Below, one piece after another: positions 49,142 to 58,085 of a stretch of 64,000 nucleotides of DNA. Every line of letters begins with the position of its first letter. The stretch's first letter is position 1. The DNA lies in NCBI GenBank assembly GCA_963735805.1, contig CAVTMK010000003.1, positions 192,001 through 256,000 of the forward strand. Reading direction: 5' to 3'. Both the position numbers and the translations under genes were made by a program. The DNA comes from an uncultured Verrucomicrobiae bacterium (GTDB lineage: Bacteria; Verrucomicrobiota; Verrucomicrobiia; Chthoniobacterales; UBA10450). The notes beneath the pieces were generated by a model. The model ran no database searches and was not told where the DNA came from. It saw only the letters and a program-made list of their open reading frames with translations.

Positions 49142-50464
49142 ATGGGTGTCATTTTACAAGCGTTTTATTGGGATTGTCCCAGGGAGGAAAATCGTGAACA
49201 TCAGTGGTGGACTTATATCCAATCCAAATTACCGGCGATCGCCAATGTAGGTTTCACTGCGCTGTGGCTGCCGCCTGCGAACAAGGCCGCGTGGTGGAAA
49301 TCGATGGGTTACGATCCCTACGATTACTATGACCTCGGCGAATTTGATCAGAAAGGTGGCGCCCCTACGTGGTTCGGTTCGAAAGCTGAATTACTTGAGC
49401 TTATCCAGTCGGCTCATGCGCTCGGACTACAGGTATACGCCGACCTGGTATTCAATCATAACAGTGGTGCTGATGCTCAGGAACTGAATCCAATCGACGG
49501 GCAGTCGCGCTGGACCAAATTTACCCCTGAAAGCGCCAAATTCCTCCGGGACTGGAAATGTTTTCATCCGAGCCAGTACGAAACCTGGGACGGCGCTACT
49601 TTCGGCGACATGCCAGACCTTTGTCATCGCACGCCTCTCGTTTATACCGAACTCATCAACTACGCGCGATGGCTGTTGGAAGAAGTGGGGTTCGATGGAT
49701 TCCGCTATGACATGGTCAAAGGTTACGGCGGCTGGATGGTTCGTTCTATTCAGGAACTGCGGGCTCTGCGCGGCGGCACCAGCTTCAAACCGTACGCAGT
49801 CGGCGAATGCTGGGACAGTGAACGAACGATCGATGATTGGCTCGATGAAACAAACGCGTGGTCGGACAATCCAGTAGGCGCATTTGATTTTCCGCTGCGC
49901 TGGCGTCTGCGCGATTTGTGTGACAGCTACGGATTTAGTCTGCGCAGCCTCTCAGATCGCGGCGTGTTATTCTGGGATCGTCCGGAGCAGGCTGTTACCT
50001 TTGTCGAGAACCACGATGTAGTGCGCGACAGTCCCATTATCCAGGACAAGCTACTGGCGTATGCTTTCATCTTAACCCACGAAGGGTACCCGTGCGTGTT
50101 CTGGGAGGATTACTTCAACTGGGACCTTGCGCAGCCAAACAATCAAAATGGCATCGACGCGCTTATCAGGATTCACGAACAAAATGCTGGTGGCCCGGCA
50201 CAGATCCTTTTCGTGGACGACGATCTCTACATCATGCAACGTCCAGGTGCCGGCAGCCAAGGCGGATTGATTTTTGTGTTAAACAACCGCGCTACCTGGA
50301 ATAGCACCTGGATTCAGACGCGGTGGAACAACACGCGGCTCGCTCCGGGAGCGTGGCGCGGTCACGATGACGCAGGGATACCGCAGGAAAAATGGACTAA
50401 CGAGTCAGGCTGGGTCGATCTTTGGGCGCCGCCGCGGGGCTATGCCGTTTATCTGCCGAAGTGA
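49142..50464 (+). CDS. Alpha-amylase, GH13
   Basis: MGYDPYDYYDLGE, ADLVFNH, DGFRYD, VGECWD, FVENHD; start ATG 49142 or 49109. Confidence 0.92.
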   Translation: MGVILQAFYWDCPREENREHQWWTYIQSKLPAIANVGFTALWLPPANKAAWWKSMGYDPYDYYDLGEFDQKGGAPTWFGSKAELLELIQSAHALGLQVYADLVFNHNSGADAQELNPIDGQSRWTKFTPESAKFLRDWKCFHPSQYETWDGATFGDMPDLCHRTPLVYTELINYARWLLEEVGFDGFRYDMVKGYGGWMVRSIQELRALRGGTSFKPYAVGECWDSERTIDDWLDETNAWSDNPVGAFDFPLRWRLRDLCDSYGFSLRSLSDRGVLFWDRPEQAVTFVENHDVVRDSPIIQDKLLAYAFILTHEGYPCVFWEDYFNWDLAQPNNQNGIDALIRIHEQNAGGPAQILFVDDDLYIMQRPGAGSQGGLIFVLNNRATWNSTWIQTRWNNTRLAPGAWRGHDDAGIPQEKWTNESGWVDLWAPPRGYAVYLPK

Positions 50465-50499
50465 ACCGTATTAGAAGACCTCAGTGCCGCTGAAACAAT

Positions 50500-52155
50500 T
50501 TAACTGGCAAAATAACTGCGCTGCCGGGATTCGAAGCTGTCACCAAAGTAGCGCTTCCACCATTTATCGCTCTCATCCAGGTGGCCGACTTCTACTTCGT
50601 CGGCGTCCGGGTGTTGGGTAAGCCAGTCGCGAAAAGCGAAATGTCGATAGAGACGCATAAACTCGCCAAGATAGATATCGGCGACCCGTGGGTTACCTCG
50701 AATGATGAGCATGTTCTCATCGTTATTTGTGGTAGAAGCTTCACTAAAGTTTGCTGAACCGGAAACCACCAACGGGTTGGCTCCCAGTGGATCTACAAGC
50801 ATGTATTTCGTATGCAGGTATCGTACGTTAACGTTTAAGCTGGAGAGTTGTTCGACCAGCCAGTGGTTAAAGGCGCCTTTTCCCAGGCGCGAGCCAATCG
50901 CGAACTTGTTTTCCTTCATCTTCCTTAGCTTGATGATTGCAGCTTCGTTAGCCGCCTTCTGCTCCTTGGTCCTGGTCGGTCCACTCATCGCTTCCATCAA
51001 TGCATAACGCAGTTTGGCGGTTCCATTGAGGTAAGCATCCTGGAAACGCTTGTTCATTCCGAAGGCAAAGGTCATAAATAACGCGTCATGAGCGCCCGTG
51101 GCCTGCTCGGCATACCAGTCCAGAGCTTTCAAGTTATCGCGCGGGCTAAAAATTGAAGTGATTTGCGTGGCGAGCGGGTCGGTTGGAAGCGGAGTTTTGC
51201 CAGCCAATACCCCAACATCCGCAGACTTCGTCGTATTTTTCTTCAGCTCATTCCACAGCCATAAATATCCGGTCGCAACATCATTCTTCTCACAAACATG
51301 GACGACGTTGCTATGTCCATATATTCCTCCGACACTGAAATTCGTTGAACCTGTGAGCAACGCCTGCGCCGTACCGGCTTTCGTTAGCACGATGGTTTTG
51401 TTATGTGAAAGCGTAAGGCCCTGCGCGTTGCGTGGATAACAAATGTTTCCCAGACCAAATTTCTGGATGGCGGCCTCATTGGCGACCTTTTGTTCATCAT
51501 TTTTCGCGTGATAAAGAACCTGCACATCAGCGCCTCGGTCCCGAGCAGCGCCAAGCGCGGGGAGCACCTTGTCATCCGTGAATTCGTAGGCACCCACACG
51601 CAATCCCCAACCCGGGCCAACAGCGCGCCCGATGAAATCGGCGATTGATTCCGCTGCGCCTCGCGAAAGCCAGGTGAACGCCGCCGGCCCTACCTGATCG
51701 GGCCGCTTGTCGCCGAATAACCGGGTGTATTCCTGCGATGCAGCCGCGCCGCGGTTAAAATGCACATGATGCGTCCTGCCATGTTCGCTCTCAGTGCGAA
51801 TTTTCACCGTTACTTTCTCGGATAGCTGTAGATCGGTCGGTGTACCTCTCAGAGCAAACACTTCATACGTGTAATCGTGCTCCGGTTTCGCGGAAAAATC
51901 CGACCAGCTAAAACCCTGGATAGGATGCTGCCGTGTTGAGTAAAGCATCCCTGGCGGTGGAGACGGCTCTACGCTGGCAAAAGTCTTGTATCCCGACAGC
52001 CAGTACGTCTCTCCCTCGGTATGATCTTCTCGTCGCAAGGCGAATCCAAGCAGGCCCGGACATTTTTGCTGGACGAGATCAATCCCGAGTAGTACGACAT
52101 GCGTCCCGGCAATCGCCTGGACACTCAGGTCTCCTTTTTGTTCCTTGTTTCGCAT
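50500..52155 (-). CDS. Phospholipase D-superfamily protein
   Basis: HNK...GSTN and HTKYMLVD...GSAN...NDEN. Confidence 0.88.
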   Translation of the reverse strand: MRNKEQKGDLSVQAIAGTHVVLLGIDLVQQKCPGLLGFALRREDHTEGETYWLSGYKTFASVEPSPPPGMLYSTRQHPIQGFSWSDFSAKPEHDYTYEVFALRGTPTDLQLSEKVTVKIRTESEHGRTHHVHFNRGAAASQEYTRLFGDKRPDQVGPAAFTWLSRGAAESIADFIGRAVGPGWGLRVGAYEFTDDKVLPALGAARDRGADVQVLYHAKNDEQKVANEAAIQKFGLGNICYPRNAQGLTLSHNKTIVLTKAGTAQALLTGSTNFSVGGIYGHSNVVHVCEKNDVATGYLWLWNELKKNTTKSADVGVLAGKTPLPTDPLATQITSIFSPRDNLKALDWYAEQATGAHDALFMTFAFGMNKRFQDAYLNGTAKLRYALMEAMSGPTRTKEQKAANEAAIIKLRKMKENKFAIGSRLGKGAFNHWLVEQLSSLNVNVRYLHTKYMLVDPLGANPLVVSGSANFSEASTTNNDENMLIIRGNPRVADIYLGEFMRLYRHFAFRDWLTQHPDADEVEVGHLDESDKWWKRYFGDSFESRQRSYFAS

Positions 52156-52251
52156 TGCCTTCGCCTCTTACAAACAATGCTAGTCAAAGGCTGTTGGCCG
52201 CAGTCAGTCAAGATTTCTCCGTACTTTAGCGAGCGGAAATAATCGTTGAAA

Positions 52252-52389
52252 GCAGGCTTTGCCGCCAAAATATTTGCGCCTGCGGCGATCGCTTTTGACC
52301 CGATCCACCCCACTCGCCCGGCATAGGCCGATTTCGTCGGACAGACGCCGGGCTGGGGAATCAAATCCCAACGGGATTCTTGCGAGTGG
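52252..52389. other. Intergenic multi-stem region (candidate structured RNA or repeat)
   Basis: CCACTCGC/GCGAGTGG, GCCCGGC/GCCGGGC, AATCCC/GGGATT, GCAGGC/GCCTGC stems. Confidence 0.35.
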
Positions 52390-52390
52390 A

Positions 52391-52858
52391 CTACTTACAG
52401 GCTTCGCGCGGCCATTCGCGAGTTTCTTCGAGCGACTCGCCGGTTTCCAGAAGACTCTTGAGGCTCGCAAGAATATGCGGCCATCCATTCGACACGGCTT
52501 CGATGAATTTCGAGCCTTCTCTCTCAATCTCGTGAATAACGGTGAGCTTGACCGATTTACCTTCCTTTTCCAGTTGGTAGGTCAGCCGCGAGTAACCTTC
52601 GGCCTTCAATTCGGGCCGAAACTCATTTCGCCACTTCAACACAAGCCGCCGAGGCGGTTCGACTTCGATGACTTCACCGCTGTCGGTAATCAAGTCGCCC
52701 GGTGCTTTGATGCGCCATGAAGCGCCCGGTTTCCATTCCGATTCCTGCACGGTGTTGACCCAGAATTGCCGGGTGAATTCAGGCTCGATGAGCGCTTTCC
52801 ATAATTTCTCCGGCGTCGTGCGAATGTAGGTTACGTAAACGAATTGCTCTTTCTTCAT
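52391..52858 (-). CDS. SRPBCC (AHA1-like) family protein
   Basis: VYVTYIRTTPEKLWKAL, VEPPRRL, GWPHILASLKSLLE; start ATG 52858 or GTG 52903. Confidence 0.9.
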   Translation of the reverse strand: MKKEQFVYVTYIRTTPEKLWKALIEPEFTRQFWVNTVQESEWKPGASWRIKAPGDLITDSGEVIEVEPPRRLVLKWRNEFRPELKAEGYSRLTYQLEKEGKSVKLTVIHEIEREGSKFIEAVSNGWPHILASLKSLLETGESLEETREWPREACK

Positions 52859-52862
52859 AGGA

Positions 52863-53228
52863 TTATCTTGTCTTGGTTTTCCTGGTTTTGGTTTGTCCGC
52901 CACGGCGGATCTGTCCTGCGGCGGATTCGAGACCTTTTTTCAGATCGCTCAACGCCTGAAGACGATGGCGTTCGTATTTTCCGATCCAACGCTCGTAGAT
53001 CTCATGCAACGGCATCGGATTGAGATAATGCAGCTTCTCGCGCCCGCGCCACACGACGGCGATGAGGTTTGCTTTTTCCAGCAACACCAAATGCTTGGTG
53101 ACCGCCTGCCGTGTCATATCCAGGTGCTCGCATAATTCGCTCAAGGTCTGTCCATTCTCCTTGCGCAGTTCATCGAGTAATTTTCTGCGACTTGGATCGG
53201 CAAGCGCCTTGAAGACTGCATCCATCAA
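52863..53228 (-). CDS. ArsR/SmtB-family transcriptional regulator
   Basis: VFKALADPSRRKLL, MTRQAVTKHL, GREKLHYLN. Confidence 0.93.
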   Translation of the reverse strand: MMDAVFKALADPSRRKLLDELRKENGQTLSELCEHLDMTRQAVTKHLVLLEKANLIAVVWRGREKLHYLNPMPLHEIYERWIGKYERHRLQALSDLKKGLESAAGQIRRGGQTKTRKTKTR

Positions 53229-53233
53229 CGTTC

Positions 53234-53261
53234 ATTATGCAACCCAACAGTTGCATGTCAA
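53234..53261 (-). promoter_or_regulatory. Sigma70-type promoter overlapped by a palindromic operator (probable ArsR autorepression)
   Basis: Minus strand TTGACA (53261-53256) N16 CATAAT (53239-53234); ATGCAAC-N6-GTTGCAT at 53237-53256. Confidence 0.72.
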
Positions 53262-53290
53262 ATCAGCTGAGTTCCTGGTATGTTCCTGCC

Positions 53291-53623
53291 ATGAGCTTCA
53301 TGAATCTACAGCAGTTGCCGTTTGTCGGGATGTCGTATGAATTCGTTGGCGAAACGGAAGGCGCCCCGTTCTCTGCCTACATTGTTGACGCGAAACCGGG
53401 ACAAGGCCCGCCGTTACACACGCATCCGTACGTCGAAGTCGCGTTCACGTTCGAAGGGTGCGCCATCATCACTGTCGACAATGAAATACGCGACGTGAAA
53501 GCGGGAGGTATCGTTGTGATTCCCGCGAACACGCCGCACCGCTTCGTAAACTCAGGCGACACTGTATTGCGACAAATTGATGTTCACGCCAGTCCGCGAT
53601 TTATCCAGACGAACCTTAAATGA
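53291..53623 (+). CDS. Cupin domain protein
   Basis: PPLHTHPYVE, IPANTPHRF. Confidence 0.85.
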   Translation: MSFMNLQQLPFVGMSYEFVGETEGAPFSAYIVDAKPGQGPPLHTHPYVEVAFTFEGCAIITVDNEIRDVKAGGIVVIPANTPHRFVNSGDTVLRQIDVHASPRFIQTNLK

Positions 53624-53629
53624 AGTGTT

Positions 53630-54580
53630 TCACTCACCAGGCGACTTCATGAAGTCGCGGACAAGCCCTGCAATCTCATTCGCAGCGGTGTCGAGCGCAA
53701 AATGACCAGCTTCAAGAACGTGAACTTCAGCGTTTGGCACATCCTCGCGATATCGTTCCGGCTCGCCTGGGTCGAACGACAGATCATATTTCCCCCAGAT
53801 AACAAGCAGGCGCGGCCGTTTGTCGCGCATCCAGGCCTGCCACTTCGGATAGGCATCCACATTGGTTCGATAATCGTAGAACAGATCGCTTTGAATCTGT
53901 GCCTGCCCCGGCTGATTAAGAAAATAGAACTCGTCCGTCCATAGATCGGGATCGTAACGGTCAACGTTCGGGTCGTTCCCGACGTGTCGCGTTCGTGTCG
54001 TCTGCAATGACAGAAGATTTGTGCGAAGCGCGCTTTCATTCGCAGCGCGATCTTTCCAAAATTCGCGTCGCGTTTTCCAATTCGCTCCCAGGCCTTCGTT
54101 GTGCGCAACGGCGTCCTGAACAATAAGAGCTTCGACGCGATCCGGATGTGCAAGTGTCATGCGAAATCCGACGGGACCACCGTAATCCTGCATGTAAAGC
54201 GTGTAGCGCGTGAGCCCGCGCGCTTCGGTAAAGTGATTCATAATCTCGGCAATATGATCAAACGTATACGCGAACTTCTTCGGGTCCGGCCAGTCGCTGT
54301 GTCCGAAGCCTGGATAATCGGGTGCGACAAGGTGATAGCGATCGGAAAGCCGGGCGAAGAGAGGCTCAAACATTCGCGACGAAGAAGGCAGTCCGTGCAA
54401 CAGGAGAATCGTCGGCGCGTCTTTTGGCCCGGCTTCTCTGTAAAAGATGGAGAGGCCATCGATCTGTGTGGTGCGATAAAAAGTCGGGTGTTCCATAGGT
54501 CGTTCTTTTCTCTGTTCGGCGAGCAATTGAATTGATCCGAGCATCAACACAATCAACACCACGCGGATATCGACCAACAT
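53630..54580 (-). CDS. Alpha/beta hydrolase
   Basis: LLHGLP, APDYPGFG, QDYGGP, WGKYD, GHFALD; possible signal peptide. Confidence 0.9.
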   Translation of the reverse strand: MLVDIRVVLIVLMLGSIQLLAEQRKERPMEHPTFYRTTQIDGLSIFYREAGPKDAPTILLLHGLPSSSRMFEPLFARLSDRYHLVAPDYPGFGHSDWPDPKKFAYTFDHIAEIMNHFTEARGLTRYTLYMQDYGGPVGFRMTLAHPDRVEALIVQDAVAHNEGLGANWKTRREFWKDRAANESALRTNLLSLQTTRTRHVGNDPNVDRYDPDLWTDEFYFLNQPGQAQIQSDLFYDYRTNVDAYPKWQAWMRDKRPRLLVIWGKYDLSFDPGEPERYREDVPNAEVHVLEAGHFALDTAANEIAGLVRDFMKSPGE

Positions 54581-54595
54581 TGAACGTTTACCGGG

Positions 54596-55012
54596 TTACT
54601 GAGGTTTAGTCTGCGTAGGTGGAAGCATTTCGATTAACTCCTTTTGCCCGTTGAGCAGGTAGTAAAGAATAACCTTCGCGCGCGCTCTGCCCGATGCGTT
54701 ATCGAAGTGCTCAATGATGGCGCCGCCCGGCTCATAACCCACCTGGCCAGTATGAATGATCTGTACCTTTTCTCCTCTAATCTGAAACCTGATTGTGCCT
54801 TCCACGACATAACTGATTACCGGACAAGGATGCCGATGCAGTCCCGTCATCTGCTTCGGCTGAAAAACGACTTCTAGCACATCGACCGTCGAGATCGGTT
54901 GAGTCCCAATGTTGGCTTTGTATAACTCTTTGCGCACAATCTTCTGCTGTGCTGACACATTAGCCGCGACGAAAACCAGAATAGTGACGACCAATATCGA
55001 CATTGTTTTCAT
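54596..55012 (-). CDS. Secreted cupin domain protein
   Basis: Signal peptide, GLHRHPCPVISYVVEG, YEPGG...H. Confidence 0.8.
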   Translation of the reverse strand: MKTMSILVVTILVFVAANVSAQQKIVRKELYKANIGTQPISTVDVLEVVFQPKQMTGLHRHPCPVISYVVEGTIRFQIRGEKVQIIHTGQVGYEPGGAIIEHFDNASGRARAKVILYYLLNGQKELIEMLPPTQTKPQ

Positions 55013-55128
55013 GCACCACCACATTGCACCAACTCGACTTCAGCGTCATTGACTTCCGACATCTCTTGCTACATCGAAATCAGCCGCGACGGTAATTCAC
55101 GCCAGTCTGCAATTCATTCACACAAATG

Positions 55129-55938
55129 TCAGCTAACGCGCGGCGGATTTTGTTTTAGTGATTCTACATCTGGAAGTGCCTTCCGGTAGTGAGCTGTCCG
55201 AATGCGGTTTTCAGACGTGAAGGGATATTCAGGCACGAGGACGACAGCCGCCTGGTTCGGCAATTCATATTCGGCCACAATGATGGCCGGCTTACCAAGA
55301 TTGGTCTCAATAAGCCTGGAGCCCCTAATTTGCCGCGAATCGACCGGCATAACTTTCATCCGCGTCGGCACACCAACTCGATCGATCACCTCCTGCAAAG
55401 TGGTTTCATGATTGATAAATCTAAACTCAACCGGCATCTCTTCCGTGACAATCTCCCGATCGTTGAATGCTTTCACCAGCGAAAGCTCGCCGAGAAAGCT
55501 TCGTCCGCGCCTAACGAGGAGGCCAAAAATAACCAAACAGACAAAAAGAATTAGGTAGAACTTGCCTATCCACTTCACTTCCGACGGAACGTGCGGCGGT
55601 TCGTAGGAAGGATTGCCGCGGAAGCTTCGCCATCCAGAAACGCGTCCTTGGTCGAATTGAACCTCAAAGCCGATGTAACCTTCGCGCTGTGCTGTTCGCA
55701 ATCCGAGCGGAGCAAGATAATTGAATACACACTTACCGTTGCGCGGTCCCATTTGGTTGCCCGCCTCGCCGTAAGCAGCAACAATTTGTTCCATTGTCAT
55801 CCCCCGATGCAGATGCGCCTTTAACTCCTCCTCCGAAGGGAAAACCCCGGATGCATCTGCACCTGAAGCGAAGACAAAGATGCAAAAGCAGTAAATGATT
55901 AGTTTATTCACCGTTAAGGTCGTCCGCATTCTGAACAC
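55129..55938 (-). CDS. Hypothetical membrane protein
   Basis: Signal peptide, GMTMEQIVAAYGE, internal TM helix, TTLQEVIDRVGVP. Confidence 0.65.
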   Translation of the reverse strand: MFRMRTTLTVNKLIIYCFCIFVFASGADASGVFPSEEELKAHLHRGMTMEQIVAAYGEAGNQMGPRNGKCVFNYLAPLGLRTAQREGYIGFEVQFDQGRVSGWRSFRGNPSYEPPHVPSEVKWIGKFYLILFVCLVIFGLLVRRGRSFLGELSLVKAFNDREIVTEEMPVEFRFINHETTLQEVIDRVGVPTRMKVMPVDSRQIRGSRLIETNLGKPAIIVAEYELPNQAAVVLVPEYPFTSENRIRTAHYRKALPDVESLKQNPPRVS

Positions 55939-55986
55939 ATTTGGCTTATCGCGCGACTCCCAATCTCAACCAGCAACCATAAACTT

Positions 55987-56511
55987 ATGAACTCGGTTGT
56001 ATTTCTCCGTGCGGTGAATGTCGGTGGAACAAATCGATGTCAACCGGCGCTGCTCGCAAAACAGCTGGCGAAGTTCGGTGTCATTAACATTGGCGCGGTC
56101 GGAACATTTGTCGTGCGCGAGGATGTCAGTGAATCGACTCTGCGCTCCGCAATCGCAAAGAAGTTGCCATTCAAATGCGAGATCATGGTCTGTCCCGCGC
56201 GCGACATGATCAGACTTGCGTCAAAGGACCCATTCGCGCGGCAGCCGTCGGGCGTCGATATAACGCGGTTTGTCAATGTGTTGGCAAAACGACTTCCATC
56301 GCCGCCTGCGCTTCCCATTAATCTGCCCTCGGACGAAGACTGGTTACTCAAGGTCGTTGCGATCGAGGGCAGATTTGTTTTGGGGGTGTATCGCCGACAG
56401 ATGAAAGCGATTAGTTACCTCGGCAAGATCGAGAAGGTACTCGGAGTGCCAGCAACTACGCGCAACTGGAACACAATCCAGAAGATTGTGCAGATTCTTA
56501 CCAATGCCTAG
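55987..56511 (+). CDS. DUF1697-family protein
   Basis: FLRAVNVGG start and TTRNWNT end. Confidence 0.85.
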   Translation: MNSVVFLRAVNVGGTNRCQPALLAKQLAKFGVINIGAVGTFVVREDVSESTLRSAIAKKLPFKCEIMVCPARDMIRLASKDPFARQPSGVDITRFVNVLAKRLPSPPALPINLPSDEDWLLKVVAIEGRFVLGVYRRQMKAISYLGKIEKVLGVPATTRNWNTIQKIVQILTNA

Positions 56512-56940
56512 CCATCGGTGGGCTTCGGTCGCAACCCACTGCGATTAGATATCTTGATCTTATCGAAGCGAGGCCGGTTCCACATGAAACGAGAGCATGG
56601 AATTAATGCCTGTCTTGTTTCAGCGTTTTAAGGGCTTCTCTCATAGGTAAATCCCCCACCAAACAGGCGCTCGTTTCATGTTTCCTGTCTATACCCCTGA
56701 AATGTCAAACGAGGGCTACTTCCTTGAAACGAAGGTGAAACGAAAAATCAGGACTAAGGGTCATTTGGGCTCTTCCTTTAGGAAGTATTCCCGGCTTTGC
56801 TTTATGATTTTGCCGGCGTTGATCATTTGCTTAGCGAATCGGCTGAACGTCGCGGTAAATTTTGCGGTTTCGGCATAACCTTTGCCGAAATTTCGTTTTG
56901 TACATGTTTGGAAAATTAAACCAAGGAGACAATAAACATT

Positions 56941-57918
56941 ATGAAACCAAAACATATATTTAACAGCATTCTGGCAGTTCTATTCGTGTTCCCATTGATG
57001 GGGACCTTCGCTCAGCAAGCAGCGAACTCGGGCTCTATCGAAGTGGTCACGACTTTTGATTATCCCGGGACCGGAGTTGTGACCACCTCACCGCAAAAGA
57101 TTAACGAAAGAGGCGACATCGTTGGCGAGTTCATCGATTCGAGCGGGGTGGTGCGCGGTTTTGTCCGGTTCAGCGATGGTAGCTTTAGCGCGCCGATCGT
57201 CGACCCTAACGATACCGTGGGTTTTACCGAAGGCCGAGGCATCAATAACTCACGCACAGTAGTCGGTGACTACGAAACCAGCGATCTCAACCAGCACGGG
57301 TTTTTCCTGTCGAACGGCATTTTCACAGAATACGATGTTCCCGGCGGGGTCACAACCAATGTGCTTGGGATAAACGATCCCGGCGACTTTACCGGCACGT
57401 TTGATCCCGGCAGCGGGATCCTCCAAGCGTTCATCAGCGTTGGGGGAACCTTAACCTCGTTTAGCGTCCCGGGAGCTAGCGCGACCCTTGCTTACGACAT
57501 CAATAATAACAAAAAGTTGGTGGTGGGATACTATGTAGACATCTCAGGAATCCCTCACGGCTACTACCGGGACGCCAATGGGGCGCTGCACTTCCCGATT
57601 GATCCTCCGGGCTCCACTACGACAATCCTGTTTGGAGATAACAATAAGAACTGGGTGGTGGGCAGATATGTAGACATCTCAGGCGTGACTCATGGACTCT
57701 TCTTTACCGCGCCAAACAATTTCTTCACTTTCGACTATCCCGGCTCAACCTTTACATCGCTAAACGGAATCAGTAACCAAGGATTGATCTGTGGTCGTTA
57801 CGGCGATCCTTCAATGCCGGGCATTGCCCACGGATTCATAGCTCGCGTCAGAGGCACACCGCCGACAAAAGCGGCGAGGCCGGAAATGAACGCGCACAAT
57901 TCCCGGTCGGCGCGCTGA
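56941..57918 (+). CDS. Secreted repeat protein (probable beta-propeller)
   Basis: AAGGAG upstream, signal peptide, about six repeats of D.PG...T....IN..G..VG.Y.D.SG..HGF. Confidence 0.88.
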   Translation: MKPKHIFNSILAVLFVFPLMGTFAQQAANSGSIEVVTTFDYPGTGVVTTSPQKINERGDIVGEFIDSSGVVRGFVRFSDGSFSAPIVDPNDTVGFTEGRGINNSRTVVGDYETSDLNQHGFFLSNGIFTEYDVPGGVTTNVLGINDPGDFTGTFDPGSGILQAFISVGGTLTSFSVPGASATLAYDINNNKKLVVGYYVDISGIPHGYYRDANGALHFPIDPPGSTTTILFGDNNKNWVVGRYVDISGVTHGLFFTAPNNFFTFDYPGSTFTSLNGISNQGLICGRYGDPSMPGIAHGFIARVRGTPPTKAARPEMNAHNSRSAR

Positions 57919-58085
57919 GTTTGAGGATCGCGAGAGGCCCGCGCCGTCGGCGCTTTGTGACGACGCGGGCCTGGATGCGTGGCCGACGCCCGGGGGGAGG
58001 GCTCCAAATATACGTTGGATGGAACGGACGATCGCTGGCCCATTGTCCAGTGGAAAAAAATCAGCTACTCTAGGTTTTAGGCCCA

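Noticed and set aside
50500..52155. PLD as an anti-phage nuclease
   Set aside because: No helicase, methylase or other defence gene adjacent; nothing in the sequence favours nuclease over lipase activity
52300..52390. tRNA or hammerhead ribozyme
   Set aside because: No T-loop or anticodon geometry and no CUGANGA core
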